Part shown: positions 7,535 to 17,478 of the stretch, piece by piece
How positions within the stretch are numbered: position 1 is the stretch's first letter
How the letters are laid out: the number at the start of each line of letters is the position of its first letter
Assembly (NCBI GenBank): GCA_030614005.1
Contig: JAUWKS010000046.1
Span: forward strand, 1 to 24,796
DNA length: 24,796 nucleotides
Reading direction: 5' to 3'
Source of the DNA: Candidatus Heimdallarchaeota archaeon
GTDB lineage: Archaea > Asgardarchaeota > Heimdallarchaeia > JABLTI01
Notes under the pieces: generated by a model
What the model saw: only the letters and a program-made list of their open reading frames with translations
What the model was told of the DNA's origin: nothing
Databases searched by the model: none
Position numbers and translations under genes: made by a program

Positions 7535-9166
7535 ATGCCCGAACTTCAACCACCTAACGCTGATGAAATTAAAAGACAATCTGTTGTTCGTTTTCTTGCA
7601 GAAATGCAAGATTTAAAGCAGAAAATTGAACTTGAGTTTTCCTCAAGGTTTGATGAACAAAAAAACAATTTTCTAGCTACTTCCAAAGCTAGCTATTCTC
7701 CAGTAGAGATTGGTACCATCTTTGATACCATCAAATCTCTTGAACTGGATTATATGAAGAATATCTTAACCAATGCTTCTGGTAATGGCAGTAAAATTCT
7801 TGGTAACACTTTAAGTAGTGCCCTTTCTGGCAACTTAAGTTTTAGCGGTGAAGCAACTCAAAGAATAGCTGAATTGGAACAAGAAACTAATCGATTGAAG
7901 ATTGAACTTATCGAAAGAGAGAAAACATTTGAAGCTGAACGACAGACATCCAAAAATAGAGGGGAAGGTCAGATTGGAGAACTTAATAGGCTCCAAGAAA
8001 TTACTGATGAACAAAAACGTACTATTGATCTGTACGAAAAGCAAGTTATGGAACATGGTGAATCCTTAGTCAATCAACGAATGGAAATTGAGGATTTACA
8101 AACTCAACTTGGTGACCTATCTCAACAAAGGGAACATTCAGATGTCTCTTTGAAAGAGAAAGAAGAATTAATTGTTGGACATGTTAAGGATATAGAATCT
8201 TTGAAGGAACAGCTAACCTCAATGGAAAAACGTCTTTCCCAAATGAAGTCTGTTAGTTCCGAAAAATTCGAAGCAAAATCCAATAAACTTGAGGACCTAC
8301 TCAATCTTGAGAGACAACGAGCTGATGAATTAGAAGTGAGTATGAAAGAAGCCACAACAGCAGTTAGTAGTTACAAAGAAGCTGTTCAAGAAAAAGATGC
8401 GGAAATTGACAAACTTCGAAAAACTGTTACAGGCACTAAAGCAGAAATTGCTTCTTCCTCTACAGAAAAGGATGCAAAAATCAAGAAATTACAGGATAAT
8501 CTCAAATCCCTTGAGCATCAGCTAACTGATAACAAGAATTCCTTAGAGCGAACTGAAAAGAAAACTGAGAATCTCAGCACTGAGCTAACTGAAAAAGGAA
8601 AAGCAATAGATGCACAAGATGACGAGATTCGTGCACTTAAGGAACAACTCGCAGATGCGAAGGATAACGTTTCATCTGAAAAATCATCTCAAGAAACAAA
8701 AATCAATGATTTGTTGAAAGAGAAAACCAACAATGAAGCTGAGCTCAATACTCTCAAGAAAGAAATAAGGGATCTTAAGAAATCATTTGATGGCAAAGAG
8801 AAATCTATTACAGAAATTTCAAAAACTCAAGAGGTTATCGAGAAAGATAGAGATGCCATTCAAGAAGAACGAGACAAAATTATGATTCAACTTGAAAATC
8901 TAAAAAGTAGTGTTGGCGATTTAGAAAAAGCAGCTAATGAGAAAGAATCTATAATCAAAAGCCTCACCAAATCATTACAAGGTATCCCAAAATTCCGAGT
9001 CTTTTTAGCTATCCAAGATATTGGTGGAGAAATAGCTATTAAGGATCTTTCCAAGATTGTTGGACAATCAAATAATGTGGTTGAACACATTGTATCTGAT
9101 TTGAAAGAAGATGGTTTAGTAAAAGTTACTAAAAAAGAGAATAAAACCTTTGTAAACAGGGTGTAG
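7535..9166 (+). CDS. Long coiled-coil protein with C-terminal winged helix-turn-helix
   Basis: About 370 aa of E/K/L-rich heptad-like sequence, then KFRVFLAIQDIGGEIAIKDLSKIVGQSNNVVEHIVSDLKEDGLVKV, a wHTH pattern. Confidence 0.7.
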   Translation: MPELQPPNADEIKRQSVVRFLAEMQDLKQKIELEFSSRFDEQKNNFLATSKASYSPVEIGTIFDTIKSLELDYMKNILTNASGNGSKILGNTLSSALSGNLSFSGEATQRIAELEQETNRLKIELIEREKTFEAERQTSKNRGEGQIGELNRLQEITDEQKRTIDLYEKQVMEHGESLVNQRMEIEDLQTQLGDLSQQREHSDVSLKEKEELIVGHVKDIESLKEQLTSMEKRLSQMKSVSSEKFEAKSNKLEDLLNLERQRADELEVSMKEATTAVSSYKEAVQEKDAEIDKLRKTVTGTKAEIASSSTEKDAKIKKLQDNLKSLEHQLTDNKNSLERTEKKTENLSTELTEKGKAIDAQDDEIRALKEQLADAKDNVSSEKSSQETKINDLLKEKTNNEAELNTLKKEIRDLKKSFDGKEKSITEISKTQEVIEKDRDAIQEERDKIMIQLENLKSSVGDLEKAANEKESIIKSLTKSLQGIPKFRVFLAIQDIGGEIAIKDLSKIVGQSNNVVEHIVSDLKEDGLVKVTKKENKTFVNRV

Positions 9167-9287
9167 TTCTCCTTCACCATTCTTTTATTGAAATCAAATG
9201 CTTAAAATATCAACGGGTAGTAGACTATTGGGAATTTTAAATATTTTACATTATGAGAAAGTGTGAAGTGACGCATAGATTAAAAGA

Positions 9288-9905
9288 ATGAAAACTTCGC
9301 ATAATAAAGAGGTTGAATTACAATTGACAGATTTATCAGAAACCAATGAAAACGCTTCTCAAAACCATAATAGTAACTCAGATGGAGAAATTGAAGGTTC
9401 TGTTGCTTCTGCAGCTGCATCCCGGAGTGGGAGTATCGAAGAACGAAGTACGTTAGGTTTCAAAACAGTAAAGAATATTTTTTCTAAACAAAAGAAAATA
9501 GCTCTAGTTATTGATGCCCCAAATATTCTTCGTAGAGTGAATAACAAGCAGATTCGTCTCGAGGATATTGAGAGAATTGCTAATAAATTGGGACAAATTA
9601 AAATTGCCAAAGTGATTTTAAACCGTCATGCTCCTCGCAATTTATTAAAAGCAGTCGAAAACAGTGGCTATGAACCTATTGTTGCTTCAAGTGATATTTA
9701 TATTCGCATGGTCATTGAAGTTATGGATAGCGTTTTTTCAAATAATGTTGATATTGTTATTATCGCTAGTAGACATGCACGATGTGCACCACTACTTCGA
9801 GCTGCAAAAGCAAATGGTTTAGACACGGCTATTATTGGTTTTCAACCTGGTTTTAGTATTGCTGTTAAGAATGCAGCTGATATGGCATTTCAGTTAGAAG
9901 TTTAG
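9288..9905 (+). CDS. NYN (LabA/DUF88, TIGR00288-like) PIN-fold protein, active site degenerate
   Basis: ALVIDAPNI, LLKAVENSGYEP, VDIVIIAS, IIGFQPGFSIAVKNAAD match the archaeal NYN family pattern; about 60 aa low-complexity N-terminus. Confidence 0.8.
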   Translation: MKTSHNKEVELQLTDLSETNENASQNHNSNSDGEIEGSVASAAASRSGSIEERSTLGFKTVKNIFSKQKKIALVIDAPNILRRVNNKQIRLEDIERIANKLGQIKIAKVILNRHAPRNLLKAVENSGYEPIVASSDIYIRMVIEVMDSVFSNNVDIVIIASRHARCAPLLRAAKANGLDTAIIGFQPGFSIAVKNAADMAFQLEV

Positions 9906-10027
9906 TTGTTACTAGCTTTTTTCTTTTATTTCTTTTAATTCAAGTACTTGTTAGTATTTAAAAAGCAATTAAGGTACCATCTTTATTTGATTTAATCAAA
10001 TTTCAATTGAATTAAAGGTTGTCTAAT

Positions 10028-11410
10028 ATGAGCCAAAAGATAGTTATTATTGGGAATGGTCCCGCGGGTATGAGCGCAGCAGGCGCAGCACGTTTAGCTG
10101 ATAGAGCAGCAGAAATCACGGTTATAGATTCAAAAGAATATGATACCTATCACCCGTGTGCTATGCCTTTTGTAATAGGTGGATATCTGCCAGATATCGA
10201 CTCCATTATCGAAGACCTTAATTACGAAAGATCAAAGATTACACTTCATAAAAGTTCAATGGTGGAAAAGGTAGATACTGAGAAGAAGAAAGTACACTTT
10301 AAACATAAAAGTGGAGAAGAATCTTCTATTGATTATGATAAATTAGTTCTTTGTATTGGTTCTTATGTTTTTGTTCCACCCATACCTGGAAGAGATTTGG
10401 GCAATGTCTTTACGCTTAAATTTGCAGAAGATGCTGCAGCAATTAAACAAGCAGCCGATGCTAAAGATGTTAAAAATGTTGTAGTAGTCGGTGGAAGTGC
10501 TATTGGCATAGAAGTTGCTTCTGAATTAATTCATTTAGATAAAAAGGTTACAATTATTGAAATGCAACCTCAACTTATGCCTTTCAAAATATCCAGTGGT
10601 TTTGCCAAGTTAGTAAAAGAAAACTTAGAAGAAACTGGTTTGGTTGTTAAAACTGAAATGATGGTTAAGGAAATCATTGGTAAAGGTAATGTTCAGAAAA
10701 TCAAATACGGTAACAAAGATTCTGAAGAAACCATTGATGCAGACCTTATTGTGTTAGCAACAGGAGTTCGATCAAATGTTGAACTTGCTAAAACTATGAA
10801 TCTAAAAATCCACGATAAATTCAAAGCCATTGAAGTCAATGACAAAATGGAAACAAGTATCAAGGACATTTATGCTGCTGGTGATTGTGTAGTTGTTAAT
10901 AATTTGGTTACAAATAGTACAAGTCTTGCTATGTTAGCTGGTCCAGCTGTTAGACAGGCAAGAGTTGCTGGAATAAATGCTGCAGGTGGAAACAATTCAT
11001 ATCCTGGAAGCGTCAATTCCTTTATTGTTTCTTCAAGGACTTTTTATGTTGGTCTTGCGGGTTTAAATGACGAGCAAGCAAAGGAAAGAGGAATCGAAAT
11101 TGTTACGGCAAAACTTTCTGCCCCCATTAGGCCACACTATATGCCTGAAAGCAAAGAAATTACCATTAAACTTATTGCCCAAGCAAATGATGGAAAAATA
11201 CTTGGCGTAGAAGTAATAGGTGAAGAAAAAATTGATGAAAATGTCAATTATGTTGCTTTTGCATTACAAACTGGTTTAACTGTTTATGATATAATGAATA
11301 TTGACTTTTGTTATGCCCCCGCTGTTTCTGAAACAATTTATCCTTTAGTAAAAGTTGCAGATGTTTGTATTCGTAAAATTGAGCGAAAAAAAGCGAAAGC
11401 ACAAAAATAG
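10028..11410 (+). CDS. FAD-dependent pyridine nucleotide-disulfide oxidoreductase (NADH oxidase/CoA-disulfide reductase family)
   Basis: IIGNGPAG FAD motif, YHPCAMPF single redox Cys, VVGGSAIGIE NAD motif, TSIKDIYAAGDC, C-terminal DFCYAPAVS. ATG 10028 favoured (AAGGT upstream); track starts at TTG 10019. Confidence 0.9.
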   Translation: MSQKIVIIGNGPAGMSAAGAARLADRAAEITVIDSKEYDTYHPCAMPFVIGGYLPDIDSIIEDLNYERSKITLHKSSMVEKVDTEKKKVHFKHKSGEESSIDYDKLVLCIGSYVFVPPIPGRDLGNVFTLKFAEDAAAIKQAADAKDVKNVVVVGGSAIGIEVASELIHLDKKVTIIEMQPQLMPFKISSGFAKLVKENLEETGLVVKTEMMVKEIIGKGNVQKIKYGNKDSEETIDADLIVLATGVRSNVELAKTMNLKIHDKFKAIEVNDKMETSIKDIYAAGDCVVVNNLVTNSTSLAMLAGPAVRQARVAGINAAGGNNSYPGSVNSFIVSSRTFYVGLAGLNDEQAKERGIEIVTAKLSAPIRPHYMPESKEITIKLIAQANDGKILGVEVIGEEKIDENVNYVAFALQTGLTVYDIMNIDFCYAPAVSETIYPLVKVADVCIRKIERKKAKAQK

Positions 11411-11473
11411 TTGTCGACAAAAAAATAATTGAAAGTTTTCCTGAGAAAGGAAAACTCTTCTATCTCTTTTTAA

Positions 11474-13342
11474 CTAATTTATCGAAACAATGCTCTTACA
11501 ATAGAAAACATTGATGAGATAAATCACTTCTAATTTTAGAACATCACCGGCTTCTAGGAATAGTACTTGTTCCCAATAAGTTAGATTTAGATAATTTTGA
11601 GTGAACCATACTGTTTGATTTTCACTAACCGGTGTTACTTCCCCTTCTGGAAGATATGTTAGGTTACCATAGGCTACGTAAATTGTGTCCCCATCTTTTT
11701 CAAATGAGGTTATTGCTTCAATTTCCAATGTTTCTGTATAGTTTGAAGTTGAGCTTCCTTCATCTCCTAGCATTATCAAATAACTATCTAGTGCTCTTAT
11801 TAACACTGTTTCCACTGTGTCGCTTGGATCAGCAAATTCTACAATGGTTTCTATACCACTCGTATCAAATGGATTTGTTATAGTTATTCCTCCAAATCTT
11901 AATTGCTCGAATTGAATTGGAACAATATATGCATAGTCAGATATGTTTTGGTATTTATCTCTCACTGGATACAATAATGGTAATATTGGATGGTAATTAT
12001 GTTCTGTTGTTCCTACTTCAACATCAATAGCAGTTGCACAATGTATCAGTGCATTGTAGGTATCAATTGGTTTTGGATAAAGATTGGACCAATCAAAGAA
12101 GAAGATACCAGATCCATTTGCTTTTATTGCACCCCTCAATAACTGGCTTTCAGATTCAGGTTGTGTGAGCATAACATATTGTGATGTTTCACCAGTATTT
12201 GCATCATAAATAACTCTAACATCATCATACCAAGAAATTCCTAGTTGCTCTGTGGTAGTAAAGAAGTATTGAAATTCATGATTGCCTTTTCTGTGTCTAC
12301 CCCATTTATTAATATTAAATTCTAACCAATCCTCAGGGTAACATTGAATTCGAGCATAATGTGGTAAATCTTCGAGTTCTGTATGGTCTTTGATCAAATT
12401 GCCTAATGAATCATATTCAAGCACGCCACCAACTTTTTCTAAATAGGTCGTCATTGCTATTCCGTTGACGTTTTCAATTGTCAAACTATTTGAGATTGAA
12501 TATGGTACAAGTAACCGCATTTGATTTTCATCATTCATTGAGAAATAGCTGTTATCGCCAGCTCTGTAATTAGGATTATATTTCCAGATAATTCTGCCCA
12601 ATGTCTTTGATCGGACTAGATAATGGCCAATTGTGAAGGATTGCTCAATGACTACCACATCTGCACCTGGATCTGTCAAGTCTACTCCAACAAAACCAAA
12701 AATGGAGTTCCGTTTCCGTTCAGCGTTATCCGTTCCAACATGAAACGAATCCGTACCTATCACACCAATCCACATCAATTTTCCATATATTTTACCGACA
12801 TGCATTTCTAAAATCATTGTATTGCTACCAAATGGAGATGATTTTTGGATGATTTCTTCTGCAAGATCACTATCGACCACACGTAAATGGTCACCCGTAA
12901 CAATGTTGTTGAAAGGCAATTCCCCTTCAGGAAATTCAAGTACTGTGTCGAAGTAGCGCGCGGTATCAAACCCCCTATAAATCGCAGCACTCAGACCAAA
13001 ATAAGCAGGTGTTATAATCAGGAGAATGCCTACTACTAATACAATGATCTTCTCTGGCGATCTTCCTAATCTACCGAAACTTTTTGAGAATAATCTCAAC
13101 ATAACGATTATCATAATACCACCAAGTAATAGGCCTACCACAATTACTGTACCCCATGTTGGCAAAGAATACCAAAATTGTGTTAGAGAGATGAGAAATC
13201 CTGCTACGAAGGCTCCACCACCAATGATGCCCATTGAAGGAGTTGCTTCTCCTTTCGCTATCCAAACTACAAGAGTAGCGAGAACGCCAAATATCGAACC
13301 CAGAATAAGTGCCAATAGTGCAAAATGCATGCCATCAATCAT
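11474..13342 (-). CDS. Uncharacterised membrane protein: about 4 N-terminal TM helices plus large, probably extracytoplasmic, domain
   Basis: Hydrophobic segments in the first about 120 aa, then a T/N/Y/D-rich soluble region with several N-x-S/T sequons. Confidence 0.7.
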   Translation of the reverse strand: MIDGMHFALLALILGSIFGVLATLVVWIAKGEATPSMGIIGGGAFVAGFLISLTQFWYSLPTWGTVIVVGLLLGGIMIIVMLRLFSKSFGRLGRSPEKIIVLVVGILLIITPAYFGLSAAIYRGFDTARYFDTVLEFPEGELPFNNIVTGDHLRVVDSDLAEEIIQKSSPFGSNTMILEMHVGKIYGKLMWIGVIGTDSFHVGTDNAERKRNSIFGFVGVDLTDPGADVVVIEQSFTIGHYLVRSKTLGRIIWKYNPNYRAGDNSYFSMNDENQMRLLVPYSISNSLTIENVNGIAMTTYLEKVGGVLEYDSLGNLIKDHTELEDLPHYARIQCYPEDWLEFNINKWGRHRKGNHEFQYFFTTTEQLGISWYDDVRVIYDANTGETSQYVMLTQPESESQLLRGAIKANGSGIFFFDWSNLYPKPIDTYNALIHCATAIDVEVGTTEHNYHPILPLLYPVRDKYQNISDYAYIVPIQFEQLRFGGITITNPFDTSGIETIVEFADPSDTVETVLIRALDSYLIMLGDEGSSTSNYTETLEIEAITSFEKDGDTIYVAYGNLTYLPEGEVTPVSENQTVWFTQNYLNLTYWEQVLFLEAGDVLKLEVIYLINVFYCKSIVSIN

Positions 13343-13433
13343 CCATATGTTTAAGGTTTTAACAACTTCTTTAATTTAAATGAATATTGTTCTAGAAAAA
13401 TAATAGTAGAAGTAGTTTAAATAGATTCTTTCT

Positions 13434-15137
13434 CTAATAAAGACTAATCAAATCTGTTGTTTTAGCTAATACTCTTCCAATACGGTTGCTGTAAGAAATT
13501 TCTAGTTCACTCATTCCAAGACCATCCAAACTAATAGTTGGTTTAATCGTCCTTTGTGAATTCGGCGGTATTTTTTTCCCTACAATTGAGCGTATTTTGA
13601 TTATTCCATCTACATATTCTCTTATTTCGCAGCATCCAGTGAGAGTGCTTTCTGAATGGTTAATAAGGATAATTTGTGGTTTAAAAGAGACCCCTTGTTT
13701 TATCGCATCAGGCATTTCCACTTTTAACTCGAGCATTTTCTGCTTCTTTTTTGAAATAGCAATTGGTTTATTTCTAGTAATTTTTACAAAATCAACCCCT
13801 TGTTTTTCATTTCCGTTAATAATTTTTATTTTACTCAGCTCAATTATTTTGGGTTTAATTTTTGATGAATCAAAAATTTGTGGTCCAATGATTTTCACGG
13901 TTTTGTTTATTACTGGATGGTTAATCGCTGAGTGATTATTTCCATTACTTAGAACAATATTCCAGATAATATCAACATCAATTTTCTGAGTAGGTTCTAT
14001 TACTTGATATTTGTAAGCTACTTCTTTAGCTAAAGTTCCACCCATCCAATTACCTCGAGTAACGATGATATTTAATGGTAAAGACCCGAGAATAATTTCA
14101 CTGCCTCTCTGCATTGTAAGATCTATAGGAATCCATCTCCCTTGAACTAAGAATTCTGCTGTAGCGTGTCTCTCCCAGATTTGAGCTAAAGCAAAGCCGG
14201 CATTGGTTCTTGCAGGTATACCAGCAGCACGGCAAAGAGCAACAAATAAGGCAGCAAATTCAGTGCAATCACCTTTCCCCTTTTCAATAGCAAAAGCTGC
14301 ACCGAATTCTCCCGGTTGTATTTCATATTTTATCGTTTTTTGTACTTGTTTTGCTGCTCGTTTTGCAAAAGTAAGTGGATTGCTATCTGGAATCTTTGCA
14401 GCCATCTTCACTATTTTAGGATGATTACTTTCAATATGCGGTTCAGGTTGCAAATATTTTTGTAAGAATTTTCTTTCATAGGGATTTGCTTTCTTAATTT
14501 TAGAAATCCTTTGAGGGATAATCAACGGTTTCATTTCAACTTCAGCACTATAACTCAATAAGCGCGATTCTTTTGCTTCCATTCTATTTGCTGAGAAATG
14601 CGTCCAATGATTTCCCTCTACATCAGTTGAAATTTTTAAGTTGCTTGGATGAATTTGTAAATTGCTCACTATTTGCTGCGGAGAAATAGTTAATGGTAGT
14701 GCAATGAATGCTGAAAAATTGCCTACTGGTTTTTCACTGATGTTTATTACTTTTAATGAATAGTTAAGAAGCCATTTTGGATTATGCATTCGGTTTATTA
14801 CATGAGCATTGGTTCCAGCTTGGAAGTAAAAAAAGCAACTGGTTATTATTTTCCCATTAGTATCCAGTACACTAGTTAAATAACGACCACTGGTCCAATT
14901 TTTTGGAATTATGATATCAAAATAAACAATTTTTGTATGATCAAATACAGGCAAACTAGAATTAACAACTCTAATTTCATATGGATTTAGAACTTCAACT
15001 TTGGAAGCGTTTACAATTGTGGAATCATTCATAGCTGGTATGACCATTAATCTGAGCTGTTCTCCACTACTTATTGGATTTGTTTTAGTGATTGCTATTT
15101 CACCGATTGTGGTTGATTTGAACGCTTTAATTTGCAA
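13434..15137 (-). CDS. Transglutaminase-like cysteine protease-fold protein flanked by beta-rich domains
   Basis: GDCTEFAALFVALCRAAGIPAR...RHATAEFL...WIPIDLT gives an intact Cys-His-Asp triad; no signal peptide seen; Lys-rich linker before the C-terminal domain. Confidence 0.88.
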   Translation of the reverse strand: MQIKAFKSTTIGEIAITKTNPISSGEQLRLMVIPAMNDSTIVNASKVEVLNPYEIRVVNSSLPVFDHTKIVYFDIIIPKNWTSGRYLTSVLDTNGKIITSCFFYFQAGTNAHVINRMHNPKWLLNYSLKVINISEKPVGNFSAFIALPLTISPQQIVSNLQIHPSNLKISTDVEGNHWTHFSANRMEAKESRLLSYSAEVEMKPLIIPQRISKIKKANPYERKFLQKYLQPEPHIESNHPKIVKMAAKIPDSNPLTFAKRAAKQVQKTIKYEIQPGEFGAAFAIEKGKGDCTEFAALFVALCRAAGIPARTNAGFALAQIWERHATAEFLVQGRWIPIDLTMQRGSEIILGSLPLNIIVTRGNWMGGTLAKEVAYKYQVIEPTQKIDVDIIWNIVLSNGNNHSAINHPVINKTVKIIGPQIFDSSKIKPKIIELSKIKIINGNEKQGVDFVKITRNKPIAISKKKQKMLELKVEMPDAIKQGVSFKPQIILINHSESTLTGCCEIREYVDGIIKIRSIVGKKIPPNSQRTIKPTISLDGLGMSELEISYSNRIGRVLAKTTDLISLY

Positions 15138-15178
15138 GTAAACACACCCAACTTATGAATTATAATCATTTTTTGATA

Positions 15179-15529
15179 TTACTTCTTTACTCGTTTTTTC
15201 CGTCCAGATTTTGAGTCAAGTACTTTGATACTTTTTTTAGGCAAGATTTTTACTGTAGATTGTTTTAATGGTCTATTTTGTAATAGACTGTTGTTTGAAA
15301 AGATTGGTTTTGGCGGAAGAATTTTCAGAAATTTCAATGCGTGTTCTTTAGCACCTAACAATCTCGCTGCTGGGCATGCTGAATAATTTTCTACTGCTCG
15401 TAAACAATCTGAACAAAAATATGCTTGGCATTCCGAGCAAATGAATAATTCTTTACCATCTCTCATTGTAAGGTCAAGATGCTTATTGCACAAAATGCAA
15501 CGAATTTGTTCTGTCCTAGTATCTACCAA
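15179..15529 (-). CDS. RING-like zinc-finger protein with Lys-rich tail
   Basis: C11-x2-C14...C31-x2-C34-x4-C39-x2-C42...C52...H63: eight potential ligands; FICSECQAYFCSDC...CP spacing resembles the C4C4 RING-like domain of TFIIH p44/Ssl1. Confidence 0.7.
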   Translation of the reverse strand: MVDTRTEQIRCILCNKHLDLTMRDGKELFICSECQAYFCSDCLRAVENYSACPAARLLGAKEHALKFLKILPPKPIFSNNSLLQNRPLKQSTVKILPKKSIKVLDSKSGRKKRVKK

Positions 15530-15647
15530 TTAAATCACAACCAGACTTTAAATTCCCTTATAATCAATTATTTAGATTAAGAAATATATACACTTAGTCT
15601 TCTGAGTGTACTATTTCTTCTAAATAATCCTGCGTATGTTGGTAGTA

Positions 15648-17153
15648 TTACTTCATTATTTTCTTCTGCATTATTGTAGCGATTTTCGTTAATGGTATTA
15701 TTTCTTGTTCGCCAGAAATAATATTTCGTAAAGTTACAGCATCATTTGCGAGGTCTTTCTTACCAACAATTATCATCCATTCGACCTTTATTCTCTCAGC
15801 ATTTTCAAAGTGTCGCTTCATTTTCCAGCTAAAGGGATTTAAGATAACTCTCAATCCTTTTGCGCGTAGTTTATTTGAAAGATCAATTATTATTGAAAGA
15901 TCATCTAATTTTATTGGAGCAATATAAACATCACAAGTTTCCATTTTTGGATATTCTACTTCTAAGTCGCTCATCAACTCCATTAGCACTGTTTCACCGA
16001 AACCAAATCCTACTCCTGTAAGTGGTTGACCACCTAGAATTGCCACCAAATCAGCATATCTGCCTCCACCGGCAATTGCTCGTGGAAGAATCCCCTCTTT
16101 ACTCCAGGCTTCGAAAATAATTCCAGTATAGTAATCTAACCCTCTCGCTAAACTTCCATCATAAATAATGAAATCAGTTATTCCAAAGCTATCTAGAAGT
16201 ATAGCTAAATCTTCGAGATTCTTCAATGCTTCACCGGAATTTTCGCCAGGATAAAGCTTTTTGGCTTTCTTAATGAAATTCTTTGGAGAATCTTTAATTT
16301 CAGACAATTCATACAAGATTTCTGCTTGCTCATTTGAAATTTCTAGCTTTTTCAAAGCATCAATTAGTGATGCTTTACGTATTTCCTCGAATCCATCAAA
16401 TATTTCTTCTGTAACTTTCGTTTTGGGAATTTTCTCAAATATTGATTCATTTGGTTTTTTTACATTGCGAATTGTTAGAGCAATATCAATTATTTGATCC
16501 TCGTCAAAAGCTCCTTTGAGTATTTCTTGAATACGTTCTTGAAACAACTTGCCCTTTCGATCAAATAACCTGAAAACGGCTAAAAAATCATTGATTTCAA
16601 GAGAGAGCATAAATTGTTGCATAAACTCTCTGTCATTAACTTGAACAACAAATTGTTCTTTGGACAATCCACATTCATTAATTATTCTCGCTAGAATGGT
16701 TATTATTTCTGCATCTGCATAAATTTCATCTATTCCTAAAATATCTATATTATATTGCCAGAATTCTTTTACTCTTCCTCTTTGGAGTGTTTCATCACGA
16801 TAACATTTTGGAAATGAAAACCAGCGAATTGGTTTTGTGTAGTACTGCTGTTTTGCTGCAAGCATTCGAGATAAGCTTGGAGTTAACTCGGGAATAAGAA
16901 CGAGCTCTTGACCACTTCTACTTTCAATTTTGAAAGTTTCTTTAATTAAGCCTTCACCAGATTTTAGCTCATACAACTTTCTTAGTTCAATGGATGGGGA
17001 TACATATTCAGCATATCCATACTCATGAGAGATTCGTCGCATTGTCTGTAAAACAAAATCTACTTTTGCGTAATCTTCTGGATAAAAATCTCTGAAACCA
17101 GCTGGCCTGCCTACTTTTAGTTTCTTCATTTCTTCTTCTGTCAAATGAAACAC
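15648..17153 (-). CDS. hisS: Histidine--tRNA ligase
   Basis: GFRDFYP, LIPELTPSLSR, motif 2 YRDETLQRGRVKEFWQ, ARGLDYYTG, GGGRY, C-terminal anticodon-binding domain. True start may be TTG 17144 (GAGGTG 6 nt upstream). Confidence 0.97.
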   Translation of the reverse strand: MFHLTEEEMKKLKVGRPAGFRDFYPEDYAKVDFVLQTMRRISHEYGYAEYVSPSIELRKLYELKSGEGLIKETFKIESRSGQELVLIPELTPSLSRMLAAKQQYYTKPIRWFSFPKCYRDETLQRGRVKEFWQYNIDILGIDEIYADAEIITILARIINECGLSKEQFVVQVNDREFMQQFMLSLEINDFLAVFRLFDRKGKLFQERIQEILKGAFDEDQIIDIALTIRNVKKPNESIFEKIPKTKVTEEIFDGFEEIRKASLIDALKKLEISNEQAEILYELSEIKDSPKNFIKKAKKLYPGENSGEALKNLEDLAILLDSFGITDFIIYDGSLARGLDYYTGIIFEAWSKEGILPRAIAGGGRYADLVAILGGQPLTGVGFGFGETVLMELMSDLEVEYPKMETCDVYIAPIKLDDLSIIIDLSNKLRAKGLRVILNPFSWKMKRHFENAERIKVEWMIIVGKKDLANDAVTLRNIISGEQEIIPLTKIATIMQKKIMK

Positions 17154-17478
17154 CTCAGATCTTTCTTGGAAGAATTTTTTCTTTCAACTAATATAACTTG
17201 TTTATTGGATGAAAAAATCTCTTCAGCTGTGGAACAATATCTAGTATAAAATCTTAGCTTTTCAATTTTATTATTAGTGAAGTCGATCCCACATTAAATT
17301 TCACCTAATGAAAACACAAAATTAGATTTATTTAACTATTTCCCTCCAAGGTAGAGAGAATAAATAAAGTTAAAAAATTAATAATATAGTTAATTAGCAA
17401 TGAGTGTTTCTAAATAGTAAACCAAATGTTTAAAAGATTAGAGAATCAGTGTTCATTGAAAAGTGAAGGATTCAGCTA

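Noticed and set aside
7535-9166. SMC/Rad50 assignment for the coiled-coil protein
   Set aside because: No Walker A/B, ABC signature, hinge or zinc-hook motif.
14104-14113. CCTCTCTGCA match to the tRNA-His 3' end as an att site
   Set aside because: Only 10 nt, inverted orientation, inside the transglutaminase CDS; no integrase in the window.
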